Below, piece after piece: positions 27,978-39,400 of a DNA stretch of 64,000 nucleotides (its first letter is position 1; the number at the start of each line of letters is the position of its first letter). The notes beneath the pieces are model-generated. The model had not been told where the DNA came from and did not search any database. It saw nothing but the letters and a program-made list of their open reading frames with translations. Where the stretch lies: positions 1 through 64,000 of the forward strand of contig CT868078.1 of NCBI GenBank assembly GCA_000165425.1, read 5' to 3'. The translations under genes and the position numbers were made by a program. This DNA comes from Paramecium tetraurelia. Lineage: Eukaryota.

Positions 27978-29176
27978 ATGGAAAGAGAATATTGTAGTAT
28001 TTTTTAAGCATTAGCATTACAGAGTAGTCAATAAAAAATATATGGAAATATATTATAAAAATAAGTTATTTAGTTAACGATTTTTCAAGAACTAATATAG
28101 TCAATTAAAAGAAGAAATTAACCTTTGAGTTGATGATAATCCTCTTTTCTTAAGAATATAAAGATTATTTAAACTTAAAGAATTTCTTCAGATAAATGTA
28201 ATTCATCTTATCAATAAATAAATAAATGAACTCAAAAGAAATACAATAAAATTTGATATTCTAGAGATAATCATAATAATGGAAAATTATCATATTTTAC
28301 TTTAGAGAATTTAATTACAGCATTCTTTAAATAGCTTAGAGGATAAGAAATGAAAACAATATAATTTCCTTTAATAAATTCCTCAGACTAATTATTTGCT
28401 GATAATAATCTTAAAATCTTTATATTAGGGTAATTCAAATATTTCCTATTGAACATGAGATCTGGAAAGACTTTTTGAATAAAATTCAACCATTGAGGAA
28501 GTTGTCAAAAATAGTTAAGAATATTTTCAAGGTTTGCTTAAAACTTTTCTAGGTAATAGGTGTTAGCTCAATAAGACTTAGAAAGAATATTAATTTAAAT
28601 GAAATAAAGTACTATCAACCAAAAAAAAAAAATCTTAATATCGAGAGATACAAAAAATAAAAAGCAACAAATCTTAATTTACTTTATTGAAATTCTTGAT
28701 ACAATAAGCTTCTGTAAAGTTGATAATCAATATCTTTATCGACTTAAAATTCAAATTTTATAAATTGGAAGGGTAAAGTAACATAATATTTGCTCCCTTA
28801 ATTGCAATTAAACTTGCCTTTTATTTCTGTGTCAAACTATTCCAAAAATTTCAAATATGAGAGAGTTGATTTCAAATTAAATTGAATGAAAATTAAAATA
28901 TTTAGAGATCCCTTTTATGAGAATTCTTTATAAAAGAACACTTTTTAAATCTAATAATTTGGTTCCTTCAAATTGATTAAGCCTGTTAGTCCAAGACAAT
29001 TTAATAAAAAAACAAAGATTTGAAAGATAATTAAGATCTTGATTAGAGGGTATTTTTTAGCTATTAATACCTGAATGCCTAAGATTTTGAACACTGAATC
29101 ATATGAATCTACATTCACTGAAAAGTTTTATGATATCAATACCATCAAGGATTAATTGAGAAAAGTAAAAATTTGA
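27978..29176 (+). pseudogene. Degenerate hypothetical coding region
   Basis: Protein-like segments (FPIEHEIWKDFLNKIQPLRKLSK; FYDINTIKDQLRKVKI*) with several TGA and frame breaks. Confidence 0.3.
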
Positions 29177-29206
29177 ATTTTTTGATTATTTTTTCTTATA
29201 TAAATA

Positions 29207-30145
29207 ATGTAAGATAATTATGAAAAATTGAGAAGCTAATTCAAATTGATACAACCTGTTAATCTACCAACTAGACCATATCAAATTACTGCAAACTTTG
29301 ATGGTTCCACTATTCTAGTGTTTACTGTTGATTCAAACCTTCACCAATTTTAAAGGAATAAGAATAAGTGGGATCTTATATTATCCTAAAAATGGCATGA
29401 TTAAATGATAACTGTATAAATAAATTAAAAAGGCACAAATTTGGCTTATGTTTCAAGAGGGCTTGATTATTTTTGGATTGCATATCTTACTTTTCATAAA
29501 AAAAAATGGATTTTAAAAAATAAATTTAAGTTGAAATAAGATCCGGATCCTTATATAACAAATCATGATTTTAGAATATCCAAAAATCTATAATTATGCA
29601 CTTACAGATTCTAATGGAATAGAAATTATTAAAGAATCAATGCATTTTAGATTACTAGTCATTTCAAAAGAATTCAAAGGTAAAAATTTAAAGGATCAGA
29701 AATAACATTTTCAAATGATTCTAATTTTTTTGTAGTTTAGAGTTTAGAAAAGTTGGAATTAAAGGTATTTTATAAATTTTCATTTAATTTCGTCCTTTTT
29801 TAAACTTAAGTTGTGATTAATAGTTATATTATAGAATCAAATACAAGCATATTGATTCATACAACAGAATTAGTTTTGTGGAATTTCTAAACTAACAAAA
29901 AGATCAAGATATAGACTCCTTATAATATGTTTTAAGAAATGCAATCACATTAGATGATAATTATCGGGAATTTACTGTTAGTTTAATTTAATGATGAAAT
30001 AATAGTCTTTCAATTATTATAATAAAAATTGAAATATTGTACAACTTGCAATCAGGGTGTTAATGACAGTAAACTTATTTCTTGTGATAGATAAATAATG
30101 GTTGAGAATACAAATATACAAAAAATAGAGATTTCATAAATTTGA
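29207..30145 (+). CDS. Hypothetical protein, probable divergent beta-propeller (312 aa)
   Basis: Uninterrupted ciliate-code ORF with beta-rich motifs ITANFDGSTILV, VQINQKGTNLAY and ITFSNDSNFFVV. Confidence 0.6.
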
Positions 30146-30195
30146 TTAATGAATGGTCTATTAAATAATTTAACAATATTTTTTTTCTTAAATTT

Positions 30196-31276
30196 ATGAA
30201 TGACTTTGTTCAACTTATATGAGAATCTGAGGTAAGTCTAAAATTAGAAAATTGAAACTAAATAGAAAAAATGAGAAAGAAAATAAATGGGAGAAAGAAT
30301 TGAGGAATAGATGAGAAAGAATTGAGTAATAGGTGAGATCGAATAGATTAAAAAATTAAGATTTGCAGATTAACGAAAAATGAAAAAGGAAGAAAAAGAG
30401 AAATAGTAATTTGAATAATGACATAATTCAAAATGTTTGCAAAAAACAACTTATAGATTCTTTAAATTAATCCTATTTATTTGCTATTACAAATTCAATT
30501 AAAAAATAATATTTATAGGTTAAACTGCATCGAGGAAGGTATTAAATAAATTAAAACGTATACTTAAAAGATACATTATGAAGTAAAGTTGGAGATAAAC
30601 TTTTTGATGAATTAATGCCATTAATGGGCAAAGTAGCTAGGACACAAATTAATAAAAAAGAAATATATTTGTCTGTGAAGGTAGACAGATGAGGCTGAAG
30701 GCATAAAGGAATGAAATGAAATGAAATAAATTGTGATAATCTGGAATGAGAAAAAGAGTTTTGAATTTCAAATTGAATTTACGATACTCCAGCTTATGGA
30801 AATAGATATTTTGAAATTTTAGTAAAACCAATTAGTAGTAGGATAAAGAGTATATAAATCAATAATTAATTGATAAAAATATTTTTAATGTCTATTCAAT
30901 AATAGGTGTTTAGATAAGCATACATTAAATCTAATAATAGTGGTTATCAAAACATAAAACTAACAAATCTAATGAATTAGCTATTAAGAGATTGAATCTT
31001 GTTTAAAAATGTAAATTAAAGTTTTATCTAAGATTTGGAAAATTTAAAGAAGAAAAGTAAGTCCCTTTGCAGAAGTTGCTGAATGTTGTTGAGTTAAAAA
31101 GGTATGAAAATTATATATATTCGATTCTTTTGGATATTTACCAGTGATTGTTGTAAAATACAAAAAACAACAGGGCAATAATATAATTCATTTAGCTTAA
31201 TCTCAAAATTGTAAGAGATATAGCTTATATGAATTATTTAGAGTGTCTGAATTTCTTTGATTTCTAATAATGATTG
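30196..31276 (+). pseudogene. Decayed coiled-coil protein gene
   Basis: E/K/R/Q-rich frame starting MNDFVQLI* with repeated in-frame TGA. End approximate. Confidence 0.35.
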
Positions 31277-31327
31277 ATCAATTATAATAATATTATTATC
31301 AAAGAACAAACATTAACACTTATTACA

Positions 31328-32881
31328 ATGGAAAGTTTCTTAGAGAAAAAAAGTCCTGTTTTGATTAAAGGATGGTAAAAGAGATATTTTGTTTGTTGTG
31401 AGAATATACTATTGTATTTTAAAAGCAAAGTTGATTTACCTCCTTATTAACCAAAAGGTATTCTGAATATTTAATGATCAAGGAGTAATAATGAAATAGA
31501 ATATTGTTCAAGTGGATTATTTAGATCCAAACAAAAATGAGTTTGTTATTCATGTAGGACTGAGAAAATTTTAATTGAGAGCTGAAAATAAGGAAATAAA
31601 GGAAAAATGGGTAATTAAAGGCAGTTTAATTTTAGCTTGACATTTTAAAAGTACCATTTAATTAAACATCTAAAACAAAGTCTGAATTATCAAGTATGAA
31701 TAAGGTTAAGTGGTAAATTATCAATATTTTGTAGGTAGGAAATCCCTAAATAATCAATAATTTAATTGTATTTGAAAAGAGAAGAGATTTTGTAGAATTT
31801 GATTCAATAATAAACATAAGATACATAAAATTCATTGATTAAGTCATCCTATATTCAACAGACAATAGAAGCTATGGGTGAGAAAGTAACAATTAGTGTA
31901 ATTTAAGAACAAAGAATTTATTTTGAGGTTGCTAGTAGAAAAAAGATCAACTAAGAATCCTTTGATTAAAAAGAAGAGATGGTTGCTGCTTTTTACTTCC
32001 ATTAGTATTGAGTCTTTAGATTAGATTCATTAATTTATAAAGTTCATTCCCCAACAATACTCTTTGGATACAATAAACCTATTAAAATATGATAATAACT
32101 TAGCAACATTGACAAGTAATAACTACATATATATGTGTTATAGAAACAATAATTGAATTATAATAAATTTAAAATTTACAGTTTGTTGTTACTAATGACT
32201 ATTAACTAATATTTATGTGCAATGGTAGGGTATTCGACTTAGTATTTCCGTATTTAAGTGACGCTAAGAAATTACATGACTATATAGTTAAATGCTAACA
32301 AATTAATAATAGTATGCCTGTTTAAGTAAGTAGAACTAATTAAATACCTGTCTATAAAATGTAAGATAGTAGAAGAAGAATTATTAATTTGAAAGGGAAA
32401 ACTGTTTTGGAGAATTAAGTAGAAAAGAAGGTTAATGCATCCCAATGGAAAAATGTCATCCTTACTTTGAAAGAGCATGCCTTATTTTGGGAATTTGTTG
32501 ATGCTGAAGAATATTCAAATATTGAATTGAAATCTATTTCAGCCATTGAATAATGTAATAGAATATTCACTATTATTGTAATCTATTGAAATTTCAATAT
32601 AGGTAAATGAGGAAAACACAGTTCTATAACAATTTAGAGTATCAACAATTCAAGAAGCTGATGAATGGACTGGTTAATTATCATATATGACCGATATCGA
32701 AATTACTGTTAAGGTATTAGAAAAGTAGCAAACGCTTTAAAATTATTAATAAAATGCTTTAACAAACTAGTCCTAAACTTAATAATTAACTAAATAATAG
32801 ACTTAATAATAATAAGAGTAAAAAAAACCATCTTTTTTTTAATAATTATTTTGTTGGGGAGGTGAGAGAAAAGAATTATGA
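31328..32881 (+). CDS. Multi-PH-domain protein (three PH or PH-like domains)
   Basis: PH1 ESFLEKKSP..KGWQKRYF..LLYF..FQLRAENKEIKEKWL; divergent PH2 (KKRWLLLF..GRVFDLVF); PH3 (QWKNVILTL..FRVSTIQEADEW); several ~25-nt introns (e.g. 31458-31482); ends PSFFQQLFCWGGERKEL*. Confidence 0.8.
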
Positions 32882-33103
32882 TTAAATATAATTAAACAAG
32901 TAGATATTTCATCATAGATAAACAAGTTTATTGAACTTTCTCTTCCATTCATTATATTTAAATTATAGTTGTTCTAAGATGGCTAATTTATGTATATTAC
33001 TCAATTACTAGAATGAATAATACATAAAAATTAGTGTAGGACTGTATTTAGAATATTTTTTATTCACAAATTTGTTATTTTATTCATATAAATCTTAAAT
33101 AAA

Positions 33104-33799
33104 TCATATCAACATTTAGGAATCTCTCAACAATTTCTATATTTGTTTCTATTACTAATATTATATCAATGTTTGACAACATCCCATAATTGAGTATATC
33201 ATCAGAATATCCTAAAATAAATAATATTATTACTATTGGTAAACCAACAACAGCCAGAGAGGACATAAAACATAGATTGATTAATTTGAATTGATTTTGG
33301 TCATTCTAAATAGTTTATAATGACTTAAGTTGGCTAGTTTTTAATAATCCAAAATTAACAATTCCAAAGAGCAAAGGTGTGATAAAATAAGGATCGTAGG
33401 TTGTCATTTCAAATCCAAATAATTAATAAGGATGAAGACTATTCCAATATATCACGGCTCTCAATTAGTTTGTAAGCATATATAACTATTAGAAATATTA
33501 AATATGTAATACAGCAGCTAAAGAAGCACTAATTTATTTGGCATTCATTAAATCATATTTATTAGTGAAGTTGTTAATGCTTTATGGGACATATGTTAAA
33601 TTATGAATTAGGTTATAAGTGATTTTTGCTACAAAAAATGAAGTTATTGCATAGGTTGGAATTGAGAGATAGTTTTCTAATAAAAACAATATTTATCCAT
33701 TTATAATACCACATTTGAATTGATTATTGTATTTGTAATTATGTTATCTATTGGGGCTGTTAGAAATGAATATTTGTAAATTGGTTTCTTGAATAGCAT
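33104..33799 (-). CDS. Membrane protein, possibly Oxa1/Cox18/YidC insertase-like (frame problems in the 5' half)
   Basis: EMTTYDPYFITPLLFGIVNF resembles the DLTxxDPYxILP motif; GLPIDILMIYSIMGCCQTLI resembles the last TM segments; short introns. Confidence 0.45.
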
Positions 33800-33822
33800 T
33801 ATATTATATTATAATTAATATA

Positions 33823-34659
33823 TCACTCTACAAAGAAATGTACAGCAATTAATCTGAATTCTCTATATGCAGACACGATAAATCTCGGTAATTTAGATTC
33901 AATAAAATAATCAATTTGAATCCAGGCTACCTTGGACCTCTTATTTTTATGATTCAATTTTAGGAAAACGAGATATAAAAAATTACCCAAATACCAATGT
34001 CGAATAAGAGTTTTGCAAATAGAAGGACAGGTAATAAAATAATTTCCACTTTTTATTATTGTATCAAAAAGAGTTCCTTATTTTACTTAGTTTTATCAAT
34101 ATATGTTTACATTCCTAAACTAATTATCATAAATATTGGCTACTTTCATAAATAGATTTATGGTGGAGGAATAGGAATTCCGATATCTCAATCCAGGAGT
34201 GCATGAGAATTGGACTGTATATTAGAATGTTATGCATTCTTTCAAAAAAATGGAATAGGAATAAATACACCAAATTGTAAAAGAATTCATTATTGATCAG
34301 AGGTTTAATGTAATACCTTTTCTATTATATTTGTGTATGTCTTATTGTCTTTACAATGCTAAAAAAATGAACAGATATCCAAATATCTAAGCTACACCTT
34401 ACATAAATAACAAAAGCATAAAGGACATTTTGAACATATTCTCAGTGCTGTATATGTAATAGATTCCTCTTTGATGTTCGTTATTTTATTATTGTCTATT
34501 TAGTACATTTTATTCACATTTTCTTTATACCAAATCTATTTTAAATATTCCAATCTCTCCTTTGATCTTATTGTATTGATTATAGTACATAGATTTATCA
34601 GCCGATTAAATATATTGATTCCACTTATCATCCTTATCAAAATCATAATCCTCACACAT
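33823..34659 (-). CDS. TMEM33/Pom33 (UPF0121)-like membrane protein with several frameshifts
   Basis: N-terminus YDFDKDDKWNQY..LEYLKQIWYKENV; NNEFFYNLVYLFLF..ILIYSPILMH; C-terminus FLKLNHKNKRSKVAWIQIDYFIE..LP. Confidence 0.55.
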
Positions 34660-34675
34660 GATTAATATAAAATTA

Positions 34676-35088
34676 ATGAATAAAAATCAGATTCTCAATA
34701 AGAAATACATAATCAACTCTAGTGGTTAATTGAAGTATTACAAAAAGAAATCAAAGCGATAATCTCATAAAACAGAAGACTATAGCGACTAGATTACTTA
34801 GCCATTGCCTCCAATCTTGTAAGCTGCAAGAATCAATACACAATTAGAAAATATAAACCTCAAATACAGAACTAAACCTCATTCTTATTACACAACTAAT
34901 ACTCCGAGTAATAAGAATACATCTCTACCTCTTCTAAAAATATTACCAAATGATAATGAAGAGTAAATTAAGCAGAAAATCAATTCATGTTTTCTATCAT
35001 CAAATTAATCAAAGGTTATCATCAAGAATGATTTTCTTAAACAAAATATGATTGGATATAGTAAAGTGAGCACAATAATGATTATTTG
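34676..35088 (+). CDS. Small hypothetical protein (may stop at ~34953 or be a pseudogene)
   Basis: MNKNQILNKKYIINSSGQLKYY..QPLPPI..; two close TGA at ~34951-34959, after which the same frame continues to ~35088. Confidence 0.35.
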
Positions 35089-35265
35089 ATAATATATTGC
35101 TAAGTTTATTATTTATATATTTACTCTTAACTTTACATTTTATAATGGATTGAATAATATCATAATTAGAATATCTTGATTGTTGCTTGTAGATAAATAC
35201 TTTGATATAAATAAGTATGTGATTAAAAATTTATATATAAGTTAAGTAAAAATTTATTCGTTAAA

Positions 35266-35814
35266 ATGAGACAATCTAATTACAAAGAAAACAGACTGTA
35301 AAGTAGTTAAAGAAAGATGTCAGACTATATAAAAAGTACATTAGGAAGTAATTCATAAATACACGAACCCTTATCTAACAAAAAGAATTAATTGAATGAA
35401 TTGGAACATCAATTACAATAGATAGTGAAAATAAAGAGTTCCTTCCAATAATTTTGTGGAGTAAAAGAGAATAAAGAAATAAGACAAAGCAAGGAGAATA
35501 GAGAAGTGCTGTATTAATACTAATAACAGTAAAATGTTGATAGGCAAGCTTAGTTAGTATAGGTATGAAATTTATATGTATTTAAAAAGACTGGGAATTT
35601 TGGGCATCCAGAGTCTCAATTATCACATAGAATTAGCACCCAAAGGACTTTACCAGCATTTGAAATTCATGAGGATATTCCAACAATTGAAGATTTAAGA
35701 AAATTACAAAATTAGATTTTGGATTTGAATTCATTTACTGTAGAGCAGATGGATGAGTTAAAGAAATTGTCCTCTATAATATTATTCAGAATGAGGAATA
35801 TTAGAAAATAATGA
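35266..35814 (+). CDS. Hypothetical protein
   Basis: Ciliate-code ORF with one ~27-nt intron near 35562-35589; ends ILFRMRNIRKQ*. Confidence 0.65.
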
Positions 35815-35841
35815 TGAATAGTTTATATAAATATTATATAA

Positions 35842-36333
35842 ATGGATAAAAAATATTCAGAACTTCTTGAGAAGAAGGGGATCTTGGAGAATGAACTTAA
35901 AAATTTAGAAAAGACTATATTTGATGAAGAAACAAAATATTTGGAGGAAACAGGTCATTTAGGAAATGTGATAAAAGGATGGGAAGGGTATTTGAGTATG
36001 AAGAATTCTAAATTGGGTGGAAATTTATAAAGGAAAGGGAAGATAAATCCAAACGATAGAATATTTTCATAGAGTAGCAAAACGTCGCCTTTTGTATAGG
36101 AGGTTTCACAACCTGTTTAGACGGCTGGATCTTAAAAATAAGTGTTGAATGAAGGAAGTGGAGAGGAGAAAAAAGAATACCATTTCAGAAGGACTAAGAA
36201 AATAATAAATATGTTAGATTTCAAAAGGGGTAATTAACATTAAATATATTTTAGTGAAGGAGGTTTTCACTCTCCGATGACATCTAGTGATGAATATCAT
36301 GAAAAGAAGGGCAAAGTACAAAAGAGGATTTGA
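35842..36333 (+). CDS. EAF6: Chromatin modification protein EAF6/MEAF6 (NuA4/NuA3-type HAT subunit)
   Basis: LKNLEKTIFDEETKYLEET..GNVIKGWEGY..DRIFSQSS signature. The 3' structure is ambiguous: an intron-like 36230-36254 would need a compensating indel upstream. Confidence 0.88.
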
Positions 36334-36433
36334 ATTTTTTAAAGATATATGATATATATTTACTATAATAGATATTTAAGTGAAATGAATAGGAGTAGTA
36401 TGATATTATTAATTTTTTTGTTAAAATTTACAG

Positions 36434-39400
36434 ATGGTATATATATTGTTCATATCTTTTTACAGCCACAACCATTAGTTTGGGTATAAGTGAAGCAATC
36501 TGGACAAATTCCAGCACCTAGGTCGGGCCACACTTTTGTAACTGTTGGAAAAACGCACATCCTTTTTGGAGGATTGGATAGTGAGAAAAAGCCAGATGCA
36601 GAAAAGAAAAATACAAAGATAGCACCAAATAATTAAGGTAGATATTGTAATTAACATATTAGTATATTCATTGAGAGTAGCACCAAATGTTTGTGAATGG
36701 AAGTTAGTATAATGTTCTGGTGATCCACCACTGCCAAGAACAAATCATGCAGCATGCGCCATTACTCCTGAGAAAATGCTTATTTTTGGTGGGTTCTACA
36801 CATCAAATCTCCGTTTTAATGACACATTCATCTTAAGAACTACAAATTTCTAATGGTCTCAACCACCCAATTAAAAAGTAACTGGTGAACCTAAAAATGC
36901 TGAATCTAAGATTGGCGCACCAGAACCTAGAGGAAATCATTCAGCAACATTTCATAAGAACAAAGTGTATGTTTTCGGAGGACATGGAGGAGTTGGATAT
37001 GCAACTAAATCATTCAATGATTTATATGTTTTAGATTGTGAAAGTTTTGAATGGTCACAATTAGAACCTAGTGGAACACCACCTGACCCTAGAGGAGGAC
37101 ACAATTCTTAAATTATGGGATAGAATGATTTACTCATGATTTTTGGCGGATGGAATCAAATTTCGCAATTTTAAAATGTCATCATATATGATATTAATAA
37201 TAATAGTTGGGTAGATCCAGAAATATCACATGAAATACCTAAGTGGAATATGGCAGGTATTATGGTGCCATCTATTCCATCATGGAAATATTTCATTTTT
37301 GGTGGACAAGTTGGTAACTTCGAAGAAGGTGGTAACAGAACAGCAAGTAGATTAGTTGATGATACTTTTGTATTGGATGTAGATGCTAAGAAATGGTCTC
37401 CTGTGTAATTAGAAGAAGAAAAACCAGTCAAACCTAAAACTAGAGAATCAACTACTTTAATTTATGATCCTTCAGATTCTAGAATTATGATGTTTGGTGG
37501 ATGGTCAAATGCTTGGATGAATGATATTTATGCATTGAATGTCTCATCAATTGTTGGACCTCCATATGCTATCTATTCAATTAAACCATGTTTAGGTCCA
37601 TTAACAGGAAAAACCAAAGTCTCTATCACGGGAGATGGATTCAAGGATTCCTAAAATATAATTGTTAGATTCTTTTCAGGAAAAGCCTCAGAGGATGTTC
37701 AAGCAGTATATGTAAGTCCAACTGAATTAACTTGTGAAACACCTTCATATGAAAAACATGGAGCTAGAAAATCTGAAGTTAAAGTCAGTATTGACAGATT
37801 AGATTTCACTATTATGAGTCAATTCTATTCCTATTTCTTAAACTCAAAGGCTGAAAAGTCATTAATGTTTGGACCAGGAGTGTTGAGAGAAAATGCAATA
37901 AAAACAGATACAATGTTCTATATTCAAACTAGAAATTTGAATAATTAAAATAGAGAAAGTGGTGCTGATGAATTTTAAATTGAAATTACTAGACCTGATG
38001 TTTTATCAGAATTGGAAGAAGAAAGATAAAGAGAAGCCATTAGATTATAGTAATTAGAGTAGATGGATCCTGAAGAGAGAGAAAGAATTGAATAAGAATC
38101 TCATAAGAAGAGAACTGTTAAGAGAAAGAAGGTTAAATAATAATAAGAAGGAGAAGAAGGTGAAAATTAAGAATCTGAATATGAAGAAGTTGAAGAAGAG
38201 GTACCATAAGAAAAATCTAGATTGTAATTATTAGAAGAAAAAGCTAACATCAAATATTCTATTCATGATAATGATGATGGATCTTATATTGTTAAATATT
38301 AAATTGAAGAACCATGTGAAGTTATTGTTAATGTTAAATTAAAAAATGAAAGAGGTGAATTTAATGAAATTAGAGGTGCTCCTAAGAAAGCATAATTTTT
38401 AGATGGTGTTGGAATTAAAAATAACCAATATACAGGCTAATAATTAGTTAATTATGTTACTAATAAGAATGAAGAAATTAATAAACTTATTGACACATCC
38501 AGAGATAATATTAATATCAAAGATAAGAATATCTAAGAAGATGTCAATAGTTTATTAGAGGTTATGGAGAATCTTAAAAAGATTTCAGATGAAAAAGAAA
38601 ACATTCTTTTGTTATTAGATGAAAATGAATAAATATTAAGAACACTAGAAAAACATGATATGAAAAAAGAAACAGAAATCAAAAAAGTGAACAAGATGTA
38701 AGAAGAATGGAAAAATTTATTAAAGATTTCATAAACAGTTGAAAAAGACATAAGTGGTCCAGTCAAATAAGAAGCTGATAAGACCAAAGAAAAGATTAAG
38801 AAATTCGAAGAATAATTAAAAGAATATTTACAAGGTCTTAAAAAAGAAACATTTTATTAATATAAAACTGGTATTAAAGATTCATAAGAAAGATTTACTG
38901 AAGTCTAAGCTTAAATAGATAAATTCACAAAAACACTTTAAAATTATGAATATTATTCAAAAATGTTCAACTTCCCAGATGAGGTTGTTGGTTGCTAAAA
39001 AAATTTAGATGCTATCAAATAAGAAGTAGCTGCTGTGTAATTATTATGGGAACACATCAAGAAATGTGAATAAAAATTCTCAGATTACAAGAGATATAAA
39101 TGGGCAACTATAGATCCAAATGATATGGAAGATGAAGTGAAAAAGCTTCGTAAATTCTTAATTGATATGAAGGGTATCGATAAAAGATCAAATGTATTCA
39201 CTGGTATTAATGAAGATTTACGTAAATGGGGTACTTTCATTCCTTTATTAACTGAATTAAAAGATCCAGCTATGAATACAACTGATAGTAGACATTGGAA
39301 AGAAGTCAAGGTTGTTGTAAATCAAGACTTTGCAATTGGAGATGATATGGAATTAGATGTTATTTGGAATCTTAAACTTTTTGATTTTAGAGAAAAAATT

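Noticed and set aside
30288..30346. Short imperfect direct repeat GAGAAAGAATTGAG
   Set aside because: Two to three copies inside decayed coiled-coil coding sequence; no spacers, not CRISPR-like.
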